From Cyanophora paradoxa CCMP329 (Eukaryota > Plantae > Glaucophyta), in NCBI GenBank assembly GCA_004431415.1, contig QPMI01000596.1:1-64000 (forward strand): 64,000 nt of DNA, in the 5' to 3' direction. A program made the position numbers and the translations under genes. The stretch's first letter is position 1. Every line of letters begins with the position of its first letter. Positions 36,490 to 48,000 of the stretch are shown here, piece by piece. A model generated the notes under the pieces. It was given only the letters and a program-made list of their open reading frames with translations. It made no database searches and was not told where the DNA came from.

Positions 36490-37399
36490 TCAGTGACGGC
36501 TAGCTAAAGGACGCACCTGCACGTCGCCGTCCAGCCGAAGATTTCCGTAGCAGTAACCCGGATTGCCGGGAGCCTGGGGCGTATACCACGACTTGCCTCC
36601 GATGGCCTTGCAGGCGGCACTGGTGCTGAGAGGCCCGGACGATCCGTAAATCTCCAACCCGAGGCAACCGGTATCTGTCGATCGTGATAATAACAATTAA
36701 ACTTTAGTAAATGCAAGGACAGCGTCAAACGAAGCTTGAAGCCTAGATCTAGATCCGATGATCTAGATCATCAGATATAAACACATGACGGCTAGCGCTG
36801 CGCCAAACAGTGTGTGTGTGTATTATATACCATTATAGCAGGCCCAGTTAGTCTTGTAAAGGTCAGGCGTGACGGTCGTGCAGCCTCCCTTGGTCTTGTG
36901 ATCGTAGGACCTGCCTCCAAACGCTCTGCACTGTTGATTCTGATAGGAGGCATCGCTCACGTAGAGCTCTTTCAAGACCGACCCCGTGCAATTATCGCCT
37001 GCTCGGGTCAACGTCTCGTGATTAGCAAGGACTCTCTAGCCTAGTAGGGCGCGGCGCCGAGTGATGCTCAACCTTGCACGAAAAGCCGACGAGCATTGCG
37101 CACCTGACCAACAGTCAATTTGTGCGATTTCTGAGCATGTGCCATCCGAGTCCTTTTTGAAGGAATTCCCGCCGGCGGTCTGGCACGCGGAAAGAGAATC
37201 TTTGGTCTCGCTGGTTCCAGTGCAGGTGGCGCCTGCGTCCAGTACATGTACAAGTATTCGAGTGAGCGAGCTCGAGGTTGCGATATCGATATCGATGGAT
37301 CGATATCGCGATTCGCGCCGGCGGCGCGCGCGCGGGAACCGGCTACGAACCATAGTAGCATGTGCCCTTCGTCGACGTCTTGCTCCCGGAGCTGCCCAT
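36490..37399 (-). CDS. Small Cys-repeat protein with N-terminal MGSSGSK; 4 exons
   Basis: Exons 37399-37351, 37232-37104, 36998-36831 and 36674-36490 are joined by GT-AG phase-1 introns into one frame. Repeat: C-[YW]-x-(G/D)-x-x-C-x-G...C-x-x-x-GG-x-S-[FYW]...C. The 3' end could splice further. Confidence 0.7.
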
Positions 37400-37640
37400 C
37401 GATTTCCCGGTCCGTTTGAAGTTCGAATTCCTCGGGCCTCGGCGACAGTCCCGGAGTCCGATCCGTACGTGCGCGCTTTTTAACGGACACGGTTTCAAAA
37501 GCTCAACTTGGCAAGTTTGTGCGCGGTCACCGGGTGCTCCGCGGCGTCCGCGCTGATCCCGCTCCCCGCCGCGGCGCCGCCCGCCGGGGCGCCGGCTGGC
37601 CCGACAGCCTGGCAGGCTGCAGCCTGCCAAGGCTGCAGGC

Positions 37641-38396
37641 TACCGTAGAACACATAAATACCGCGCCCACTTAATTACCGCGGTACCAAATTACCGCGCC
37701 AAAAGTTTGTTAAAACGCGGTAATTTAATTTGGTACCGCGGTAATTCGCTGCTGAGAAGTCGCCCCATACAGTACCCCCCTACACTTCTGGTCATACAAG
37801 CCTCGAATTTAAAAAACGCGGTAATTTGGTACCGCGGTATTTTGCTCTATGGCGGGCCGGTTTCTAAAACGCGGTAATTTATGCCGCGGTAATTTAGTGC
37901 CCGACGGTAGTGCTGGGTTCAGTCAGGCTCCACCCCTGACCCAGTCGCTCAGCCCCCCTGACTGTGACTGAATCAGTCAACCCGAGGTTCAGTCAGGCTA
38001 CCGTGCAAAAACTGATCCAGATGATCCAGATGCGATCCATCTAAGTTGCCAAGCACAGTGCGCGGGCAGTAGGGAGTGATTAGGCGAGCAAAGCGTCAGA
38101 ACACTGGTGAAAGGAATTCGGCCCCCGTTTGCCTCGTTAACGTTATATATAATTAGCGCGGGCGGTTTCGTTCAGATTACGTATACGTTGGTTTTCTTGA
38201 GGGAAGACGACAGAAGATCCTTTTTAGATCGATCCACCGTGGCACGTCGAGCTTCAGATGGAAAAAGCCCACAGGGGGGCACGCTCCCAGCAGGGTTTTG
38301 TATGGGACTGAGAGAACCTCAGTCGGCCAATTTGGTGACTCAGTCGGGTCAGTCAGACCCTCTGACTTTGACTGACAGTGACTGAACCCAGCCCTA
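37641..38396. mobile_element. hAT-like MITE (18-bp TIR TAG(T/G)GCTGGGTTCAGTCA, 8-bp TSD CTGCAGGC)
   Basis: TIRs at 37908-37925 and 38379-38396 (17/18 match); TSD at 37633-37640 and 38397-38404. Confidence 0.8.
37643..37907. mobile_element. Tc1/mariner (pogo/Tc2-like) MITE nested in the terminal TA of the hAT-like MITE
   Basis: TA|CCGT...ACGG|TA ends, imperfect ~25-bp TIRs, internal TTACCGCG/CGCGGTAA repeats. Confidence 0.75.
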
Positions 38397-39637
38397 CTGC
38401 AGGCTGGCAGAGGCTGCAGCTGCAGCCTGCAGGCCCCGCACCGTCGCGCAGATCTAAGGATTCTAAGCTTAATTATTTATAAGCTACTGGTAGTAGCCTA
38501 CTAAGTACGTACTATATTGCCGAAAGGCCGGCCGAATTCGGCAATTTTAAGCCACGGCAATTCTCAGCTGGGGGGTAGGGCTAAACGGCCGCTTTTGTAT
38601 GGCCGCTAATATGGCGCCAAAGAATTCGAATTTTTTAAGAAATCCAGAGTTTCGGCAATTTATCATAGTATCGCCTCGGCAATTCTGGTTTTGGGCGGTT
38701 TTAATTTAAGCCACCCTAAGTATAAGTACAGAGCTCGCGATCGGCGATTTCCGAATCTCCGATCGGCGATCGCCTCGATCGGCGATCGAACTCTGATCGC
38801 GACGTCGACTCTCCGAGGCTCCGATGACTCGGCCGCGGCGATGAGAGAGTCCGATGACTCCGTTCGGGGACCCCGTACCCCGTTCGGTCCTCCCCCCGCG
38901 ACGCTTCAGGGGTACACAGTCCACGAGAGGGGTACACTAATTCCCGAGCGCACACCGGGGAGAGAGATCTCTAGACACTACCCCGGGGCCACGCCTCGAT
39001 CCTTGGCAATACATGGCCCTCCCTCAGGGCCTCTTTCCGGCCCCGCGGCCGGGACCCTTCCCGGGTCCCTTAATCCCCTCCCGGCCCGGCCCGTGCCTCC
39101 GTTGCACGTCCCCGCGTCCGACGCCCAGCCTGGCAGGCGAGGCACAGCCACACGGGGCGCCGCGGCGGCCCTGATCATGAGGCCCTAGGCCTGAGGCACG
39201 GCGAGGCGATAGCAGGGGTACCGCGAGGCTGGCAGCGCTGAGCACGCGTACGGCGTAACGTAGCCGCGTGAGGGAAGTCGCCGTTCGCGCCGAGTCGGTT
39301 AAGTTTAAGTTTAAGTGGGGGAGGCTTAACTAGTAACTTAGTAAACTTCAGCTTAAACGGCAACCCCCGGTGCCGCGGCCCGCGGCGTCGCGTTGCCGCC
39401 GCAACTTGCGGGCTCTCGCGAAGAGTCCATCAAGAATACATACGCAGAACGAAGCAGGGCGCGGCACGCACGAAAAGGCGCCTAGTTCATTTGCAGCTGC
39501 CTCGGAGTGGCAAGCGAGCGTGCACTCTGCTGCCTTGGGAACCTATCCTGCGGAAATGGAGCCTACAGGCTAACTAACTAACGCTGCCGAGGACGACCGT
39601 CGGACGAGAATGGGGCGGCGCGCGGCTCTCCCCCCCC

Positions 39638-42600
39638 TCACTTCTTCTGAGGCCGCTTCGCGCGCACCATCGTGCGCCCCTTCGTGTCCTTTGCTGCGGG
39701 TGCGCGCGCAAGTCAGGATGGATAGGGGATGAATGTTAACATGCGTCCAACGCCGAAGGGGGGGGGGGGGAAACACGCACGCGCAGCTCCCAGGCTGAAT
39801 CCGCCGGCTCCGGAGGGGTCCGCGAAGCCCGGGGCCCCGCCTCCGCCGAACTGGGTCGGGGACGGGGCGGCCGCCTGGAAGCCGCCGGCGCCGAACTGCA
39901 TGTCGGGGGTGGGGCTGCCCGCCCCGAACGGGAAGGGGGACGAGGACTGCTGGGCCGGCGCGGACGCGCCGAACGTGAACGAAGGGGCGCTAGCTGGCTG
40001 AGCGCCGAAGGGCGCGGAGCCGGCGCCAAAGGACCCGGCGCCGGGCGCGGGGGCGGCGCCGAAGGGCGCGGCTGGGGCCCCGCCGAAGGTCGGCGCGCCG
40101 AACGAGGGCGCCGCGGGGGCGGCGGCGGGGGTCCCGAACTGGAAGGGAGGGGGGGAGGAGCGCGAAGCGTCGGCGCCGAAGGCGGGCGCGGCAGCGGTGG
40201 TCCCGAAAGAGAAGGCCGGGGCCGGCTGGGAGGCGGGCGCGGCAAAGTTGAACCCGCCTGCGGACGGGGCGCTGGGGGCGCCGAACTGGAAGGGGGCGGC
40301 AGAGGCGGCGGGGGCGGCGGGGGCGGGCGTGGCGGGGGCGGCGGCGCCGCCGAAGCTGAACGCGGGGGCGGGGGAGGCGGGGGGTACGTGCGCGGGGGTC
40401 GCCGTGGTGCTCGAGGAATCCATGGGGCTGCGGGGTACCTGAATTCAGCGGAGATATCTGGAGATAGAGAGCGCGAAAGGGGGTACGGGGCACCTGTCGC
40501 CGGTGATCGCGCTCGTGTGCTGCGCGGCGGGCGTCGCGGGCGCGGCGGGGGCGCCGCCGAACACAAAGGCCGGGGCGGCCTTGGGCGCCTCGGGGGCGGC
40601 CGGGACGGCGAAGAGGGACGGGGCAGCCGCCGGAGCCGCCGGCTCCGCAGGCTTCGCGGGCTCGGCGGCCGCAGGCGCGGCTGCGGCGGTCGCGCCAAAA
40701 GTAAAGGCGGGCGCGGCGGGCTTCGCAGCGTCTCCGGAGGCCGCCGCCGGCGCGGCCGCCGCCGTCGAGCCGAACGAGAAGCTGGGGCCGGCGGGGAGCG
40801 ACCCCGTGGCGCCGAAGCTGAACCCGGCGGCCGCGGCCGGCGCGGCCGGCGCGGCGGGCTTAGCCGCGTCCGCCGCCGGCTCGGCGGGCTTGGCGGCGGC
40901 GGCCCCTCCGAAGACGAATCCGGCCGAGGCGGGGGCCGGGGCCGCCGCGGGGCCGCCGAAAGCGAACCCGGCCGAGGCGGCCGGGGCGGGCGCCGCCGCG
41001 GCGGCGTCGTCCTTCTTCTCCTCCGCCCCCGGGAACTTGAAGCCACCGGCCGGCGGCGCGCCCTCAAACTTGAAACCAATCGCCGGCGCCGCGGCCGTCG
41101 AGGCCTTCTCGGCCTCTTCCTTCTTCCTCTTCTCTTCCTCCTGCGAGCCCGAGCTCAGGTGAGCCGGGCCACGACCGACCGACGCCGGCAGGGGAACCGC
41201 GGCTCCGCGCGTGCGCACCTCCTCCGCCTTGCGCTTCTCCTCCTCTGCCTTCTTCTTGCGCGCCTCCTCCTCCTGCCGCTCCTTCTCCTTGCGAGCCTCC
41301 TCCTCCTTGCGCTTCGCCTCTTCCTCCTGCTGCCGCCGATGACGATTATAAGAAGACTATGTTGTTTGAAAAGGGAAAGACAGAGCGCTTTTGGAATCGT
41401 TATCGAAAAGAGCGCAAGCACCTTCTTCTTGCGAGCCTCCTCCTCTTGCCTCTCCTTCTCATCCTTCTTCTTGCGCTCCTCCTCCGCGGCGGCTGCGGAG
41501 GCCGCCGCCTTCTCGGCCTCTTCCTTCTTCTTCTTCTCCGCCTCGTCCTCCTCGCTGGGCGCCGGAGCGGCGCGCTTCTTGGCAGGCGCGCCCTCTTCCT
41601 TCTCCTTGTCGTCCGCGGCGGCAGGCTTGGAGCCGAAGCTGAAGCCAGCGGACGCCGCCGGCGCGGCGGAGGCGGCGGCGCCAAAGCTGAATCCGGCGGC
41701 CGCCGGGGCCGCGGCCGTGTCTCCGAACTTGAATCCAACCGATGCGGCGGGCGTAGAGGTCGAGGGCGCCGCCGAGACGCCGAAGACAGGGGGCGGGACG
41801 GAGCCCAGCGCCGGGGCGGGGATCGATCCGAAGGCGAAGCCGGCCGTGCCAGCCGGCTTCTCGCCCTCCTCCTTCTTCTTCTTCTCCGCGTCCTTCTCCT
41901 CCTCCTCGGATTCCTTCTCCTTGGGCTTGGCCGGCTCCCCGCCGAATGCGAACGAAGGCTTGGCAGCGGCCGCGTCGCCGGCCTTTGCGCCGAACGAGAA
42001 GCCGGCGGCCGGGGCCGCCGACGGGGTCGCAAAGACGACGTCGTCGTCCTCGTCGGCCGAGGCAGAAGCAGCCGACTGCGGACCGCCGCGCTTGACGGGC
42101 GGCGTCGCCTCGCCGTCGACGTCCGTCGGGCTCGCGCGCGTGCGCTTCTCGCGCTGCGCCTTTCGCGAGGCCGCCTGCTGGTCCTCACGCCGGACGGGCT
42201 GCAATAGCTCCGCGGGGAGGGGCGCCACGGCCGTAGTCGTCGCGGAGGGCGCGCTGGTCGCCTTCGCGAAGCTAAAGCCGACCGCGGAGGGCTGAGGCTG
42301 AGGCTGATCCGCCGGCTTGGCAGCCGCATGCTTGGCCGGCTCGGCGGGGGCGGGCGCGGCCGCCGGCGTCGCCGGAGCCGGCTTGCTGGGGCCCGGCGTG
42401 GGGAAGAGCGAAGTCACGCCGGCGGAGCGGGGCAGGAGGGTCGGCATCGGCGGCGCGGGGCTGGGAGGCACGGCCGGCGCCGCCGGCGCGGCGGCCGAGC
42501 CGCGCGGCTTGAGCGTGAGCGTCTCCGGGACGGCCGTGGCCACCGGCACTTCCCTCTGCGCCGGCGCGAGCGTGAGCGGTTTCATACGCGGATCCAGAGT

Positions 42601-42980
42601 TAGCTAACCTGGGGCGCGGCCCGGCGGGAGGGCGTGATCGGGAGCAGGGGCACCGGCGGCGACGAGGCGCGGCGGGCGTCCTGCGGGGCGCCGTGAGAGC
42701 CGTGCGTCGCCGCGAGCGGGCCCAGCGAACCGCGAGGGGCGACGAGATTCGATCCAGGGTGTCCAGGATTCGGCGGGCCGTCTCTGAAGTGACGGCGGCG
42801 GACGGGGCGGCCGGCGCGGCGAAGGACGGGACCGGCGGGCGCGAGAACGTGTAGCGCGGGGCCGACACGTAGGCGCGGGAGGAGAGCGGGAGGACGGCCT
42901 GGCGCTTGGCCGCCGGCTGATCCAGCAGCCCGCCCGAGGGGCGGAGCGAGAGGCCAAGGCCAGAGGAGGAGCTCGCCTCT

Positions 42981-43022
<42 letters not shown>

Positions 43023-44572
43023 GGCGGCGACGTCGGCCGCGCGCGTTTGGTGCCGGCGCTCGCGCGGGGCTCCTCCTGCGCGCGGCGCGGCGCGGCGTGA
43101 GCGGCGGCGCGCGTCGAGCGGGGAAAACAGAGCGAAGGTCTAAGCACCCCAAAGGTCGGCGGCGCGACGAAGGGATTCGACTGGCGCGCGGGCGAGTCCT
43201 CGAGAGAGCGCATCGAGGAGACCGACTCGCGGTCGGCGGGGAACTGGCGCCGCTCCGCCGCGCTGGGGTACGGCGTTCCCTGGCGCTGGCCGGATGACGC
43301 GAAGCCGAATCCGAGGCGCGCGCCCGCGGCCGAGGGCGCGAAGGGGCTCGCGGGAAAGTGGACGGACGGCCCGCCGCGGGGGTACGGGGTCCCGTTGCGG
43401 TTGATCTGGAACGCGGAGCCGAAGATAGAGGGCTGCTGGAAGGACGAGGAGGCGGGGGCGCCCCACGGGGAGCTGGCGGGCGGCTGCTCCGACGTGGACG
43501 ACCGGTCGAAAGGGGGCGGCCGGGGCGACGAGGTGCCGGACGCGCCGCCAGAGTCGCGGCGGTTGCGCATAAACGTCCGAACGATGTCGGTGGGCGTGAT
43601 CGGGTGCGCCGGCAGCGGCACGGGCTTCACAACGGGCGTCGACGAGCAGACGACCGCGCTCGAGGGGCTGCCGCCGGCCGCGGCCGCGTCGCCGTCCTCC
43701 ACGATGCGCGCCTTCAACAGCTTCTTGTAGATCTTGAACTCCGCGCGCGTGATTCCCGTTGAGAGCTTCGCGGTGAGCTCCTGCAGCAGCCGTGTCGCCT
43801 CCTCGCCCCTCGGCAGCTGCGACTCGCCAGGCGACATCGCCTCGCCGGTGCCGTGCTGCGGGCCGTTGGCGGCGGCCGCGCTGCTAGAGCCCGCTGCGTC
43901 CGATGCGGTGCTCTCTCGGTTGGTCGGCGTTGCGGCCTGCTCGACCTCCTGTTCGGCGCGGGAGTGAGCGACCATTCCGTCGGTTCTTCACGGTAGCTTT
44001 AAGGAAGAAATGAGAAGAGCGAACCTCCTTGAACTGCACCCGCTTCTTTATCGCTGTGGTTGGTTTGGGCGTCGCCGGTGGAATCGGCTCCGCAACGATG
44101 GCGGTGGCGGTGGCGAACGAGAAGACTCGAGATCCCGTGTCACCATCTGCACCGCTGCTGTCTGACGCGCCAGTGTCTAGGGCGCTAGCCGCGGAGCCGC
44201 CGTTCGCGACCGCATCCGCACCACTCGCACGAGCTCCCGCACGCTCGTCGCCTGTTCGCACGAAAGAGACCCCTCACAATCAGCAGCGATCGCTAACGCG
44301 CCGCTCAGCGCGGGCAAACCGGAGCCAGCGTCCTCATCGGTGGCGCCCTCGGCATCCGACGCAGCCTCCTCGGCGACCTCCTCCTCCTCATCGTCGTCTT
44401 CGGTGCGTCCGCCGAAGAAGTAGTCCTTGATGCGCCCGAGCACGCCGAACAAACCCCTCCTCGGGGCAGGCGCGTCCTCCTCGCGGCTGGGCTTCGCATG
44501 CCGTGGGCGATTGCGTGTGTATGGGTGTGACCTCGCGTTGGAGCGCTGGCGGCGCTGAACACCGCTGCTCAT
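39638..44572 (-). CDS. Nuclear-basket FG nucleoporin (Nup1/Nup136/Nup153-like), multi-exon
   Basis: Many FxFG/FG repeats, TSETARRILDTLDRISSPL motif, ITRAEFKIYKKLLKAR, charged spacer, basic C-terminus KGRTMVRAKRPQKK*. Confidence 0.85.
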
Positions 44573-45020
44573 CGCTGCGAAGCCGCGATGGCAATCCGTG
44601 CTAGAGCGTTGTACCCGGGAAAGTTGGCGGTCGTGCGCGAACCTAAGCGATAGAACATAGCCCGCGTGGTTCGTTGGCTGACGCACCGCGCACGCAGTCT
44701 GCGGGCTCCAGCAGTCCAGCTCGGCCTGCGGAATCTGCTGACGCATCAGCGTCGTGCGGCATGGCGAGCCCAGGCCGAACGAACTCCGGCCCGCCGGAAA
44801 CGACCTACCGGCCGCACCAGCACGATGATGTCGACACCGACCGCCAGCTCAAGCGCGGGCCGATTCGAAGGTGCGCCCTGCGATCAAATGTCCGGGCTCC
44901 GACTCCCGGCCCCCAGCGCGTGCCGGGGCGCATGCTAGCATGCCTTCAGATCGGCGCGTGCGGGGGCGCACGCTAGCGTGCCGTCAGATCGCTCTCTCGT
45001 CCGACGGTCTCACTAGCCGT

Positions 45021-48000
45021 ATGCACAGCGTGAGCATCTTCGGGGCGTCGCCGGAGGACGAGCCGGAGCAGCAGCGCGTTGCCGATGAGGGAAAGCTGCT
45101 CGCCGACTTCAACGCGTTCAGCCGACGCATCCGGAAATACACGGGCGGCGAGCCCGACGGCCCCATCGACGTGGTCATCCTCGCGGGCGCCCTCACTGAC
45201 GTGTCGCTCGCGCCGCTGGCGGGCGGCTGCAAGAGCCGGTGGGTCCTGCCGCCGCGGGCGCGCGTGCAGTCGACCTCCGCCCTGCTCGCCTCGTCCGGCG
45301 CCGCCGCATCCTCCAGCACCCCGGCCGCCGTCATCTTCCGGGATCTCCCCGCGCTCGTGGTCGAGGCGCGCACGGCGAGCGAGGCGTTCGAGCGGGCCCT
45401 CGTCGCGATCTGCCTCTGCCCGCGCGTGCTGGTGCGCGAGCTCCCCGCCGGCCGCCGCGCCCGCGCGCCGACGACGACCCGCCCGCAGCGTCCCGAGAGC
45501 GATGTGGAGAGCTGTGCGGACCGCCAGTGGGCGGTGGATGGTATCCGCTGGTCCTGCAAGATGCGCCGCCGCCGCCTCGACACGGCCCGGCACGAGGCGC
45601 GCTTGTATCAATCGCGCCCCGAGCCGCGGCCGCGCTCACGCGGGCCGCCGCCGCCGCGCCGCAGATGCACACGCACCTCGACACGCGCCTCGTTCTGCTG
45701 GCGGCCGAGGACAAGGCCCGCACCGCACCCAGTGCGCCCGCCCGCCCGCCCGGCCGGCCGCCGCTCCTGCTCGGCCCGCGCCGACGACTTCGCCTCCGCC
45801 CGCGCCCCCGCAGAGCACAGCATGAAGCACTCGGCTTCAGCTGCCATCCGCGAGCACGCGAAGACGACGGACGAAGGGGCGAGAAAGGAGCAGGCCGAGC
45901 GCGACGAGGCGGCGCTTGCCACGGAGTGGATCGTGGAGGCGATGCGCGGCGGGCACCTCGCCGCCATGTACCGCCCCGCCCTCACGTCCCTCTTCGATTA
46001 CCTGCTCGAGAAGTGCGTACGGCGTACCCCCCTCGCCCGGGTTCGCCGTATCCCCGTACCCCCTCCCCCTGACCTCGCCCCGCGGCGGGGTGGCAGGCAT
46101 GGCCGCTTCCTGCGGGGCGGCCTATGCGGGCGCCCGGACTTCGTTTTCGCTGCGCCCGAACCGCTGACGTCCGACCCGTCGGCCAGCACCCCGTGCGCCC
46201 CTCCGTCTCGTACCCTTCGCCCGCTCCTCGGCGATTTTGACGTACCCCGCAGGTTCCTGCGCGGCAGTCGCCGTGTCAAGACGGTCGCCGACATCGCCGC
46301 CGGGTGGCGTCGCTGGCTCCGCGAGCGCTTCGCGGTACCCTCCTTCTCCTCCCCACCGGAGAAGCTCGTACCCCCAGCGGCTAAGGACGTACCCCGCAGC
46401 GCGCGGAGGAGTCGGCCGGGCTGCTGTGGCTACTGTGGCGCGTGGCGCGTGGCGCTGCCGTGTACCCCGGAATGCTCTCTCTCCTCTTCCTCGGACTGCT
46501 GTGCCAGGCGCCCGAGAACGCCGCCGTACCCCGTCTGCTGGCCGCACGCTAACCCTTCCTCCTCGCAGTCCGTCCTGGAAATCGCCGTACCCCTCTCCCT
46601 CAAGCTCGTCGTGGACCAGGCGAGCGGGGACAGGCTTTACAGTACCCCCGGCGTCTGATCCCGTACCCCAGATCACGGCGAAGGACACGCACGCGCTGAT
46701 GTGGACGGCTGTGGCCCTCGCCTGTGCCGTCTGTCTCAGGTTCGCGTACCCCCCCCCTCCCCCCGCCCTCCCAATCCAGCGGATCCCCTTCCGATGTTCC
46801 TTCGCAGCTTTGCGGGGGGGTGCCTCTACTTCCACGCGGCCGCCGAGGTACGCGTACCCTCTCTTTCTCTGTTCCTCTTCGCATGAATGACGGACCCCGG
46901 AAAGCTCGCGAGTCGCATCGTGCGGGATACGCAGAACAAGATGGTCAAGCACCTGCTCTCCCTCCCGGGTACGGCTCTCGAACCCGCACCCCCGTACCCC
47001 CGTACTCCAGCCTTTTGTTCGAACACCGTACCCGTAGACCTGTTCTACGAGGGTACAACCGACACGGCGCTCCTCTCGCACTTCGTGCGCCTCTTCTCCA
47101 CTCCTGTCTCCCCTTCCCCGCTAATGCCGTACCCCCCTCCCCAGACGAACGACGGGATCAGCTTTGAGACTGCGGTCGTCCGCTCGTTCGACACTCTGAA
47201 GGTCCGCTCGCTTTGATAGCCTTCGAAGTTAGAAGCGGCTCTAGAGACCCGAGGTTCTAAGGTCCGGCTTTGATAACCTGAGAAGTTTTGATGATCTAAG
47301 TTAGAACAGCTTCGTTTGCTCCTTCTTAAAACCCGATACAAAATCCCACGCTAAAACATAATACAATAAGGTAGAACAGCTTTCCGCTTTTTCTTCCTTG
47401 AACGCAAACCTGCACGCTCCTTTCTCCTGACACGCCGGGCCAGTCCTCGATGAACCTCCTCTTCTTCTCGGCGCTGCTGTTCAAGCTCGACCCCCGCATC
47501 GCCCCCGCCGTCCTCCTCCTCCAGGTGCGAGACAGAGGGGAGAGAGAAGAGGGGGGGGGGGGGGGGGGGGGATACCTGACGCGGCCGCCCCGGCCCGGCC
47601 CGGCCCGCAGCTGGTCATCATCAACGCCCCGAGCTTTAAAATCGGATTTAAAGCGGCTTTAAAGATCCGAGGCTCAAAAAGAGTCCGGCTTTGATAATCT
47701 TAGAGAACCTTAGGGTCCAAAAGTAGATGGAACTGGCTTTCCGCTTTCCGAAGTTAGAAGCGGCTCTATAGATACCCGAGGTTCTAAGGTCCGGCTTTGA
47801 TAACCTTTTCGAACGGTTCCAGCTCGTCATTATCAACGCCCCGAGCTTCTTCCGCGCCCGCGGGCAGGTGCCCCTCCCGTACCCCCCCTCGACCTTGTCC
47901 TCCCCTTCTGAAATGAACCGTACCCCCCCCCTCCGCCAGGCGGCCTCGAGGGACAAGCTGCGCGCGGCCTCGACCTCCATCGGCGTGGCCCAGGCGCGCG

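Noticed and set aside
38508-38730. CGGCAATT-repeat segment as a third MITE
   Set aside because: Only a gapped terminal match (TACTAT..ATTGCCGA); the ends are ambiguous.
38691-39188. 165-aa plus-strand ORF
   Set aside because: Low complexity, no homology recognised.
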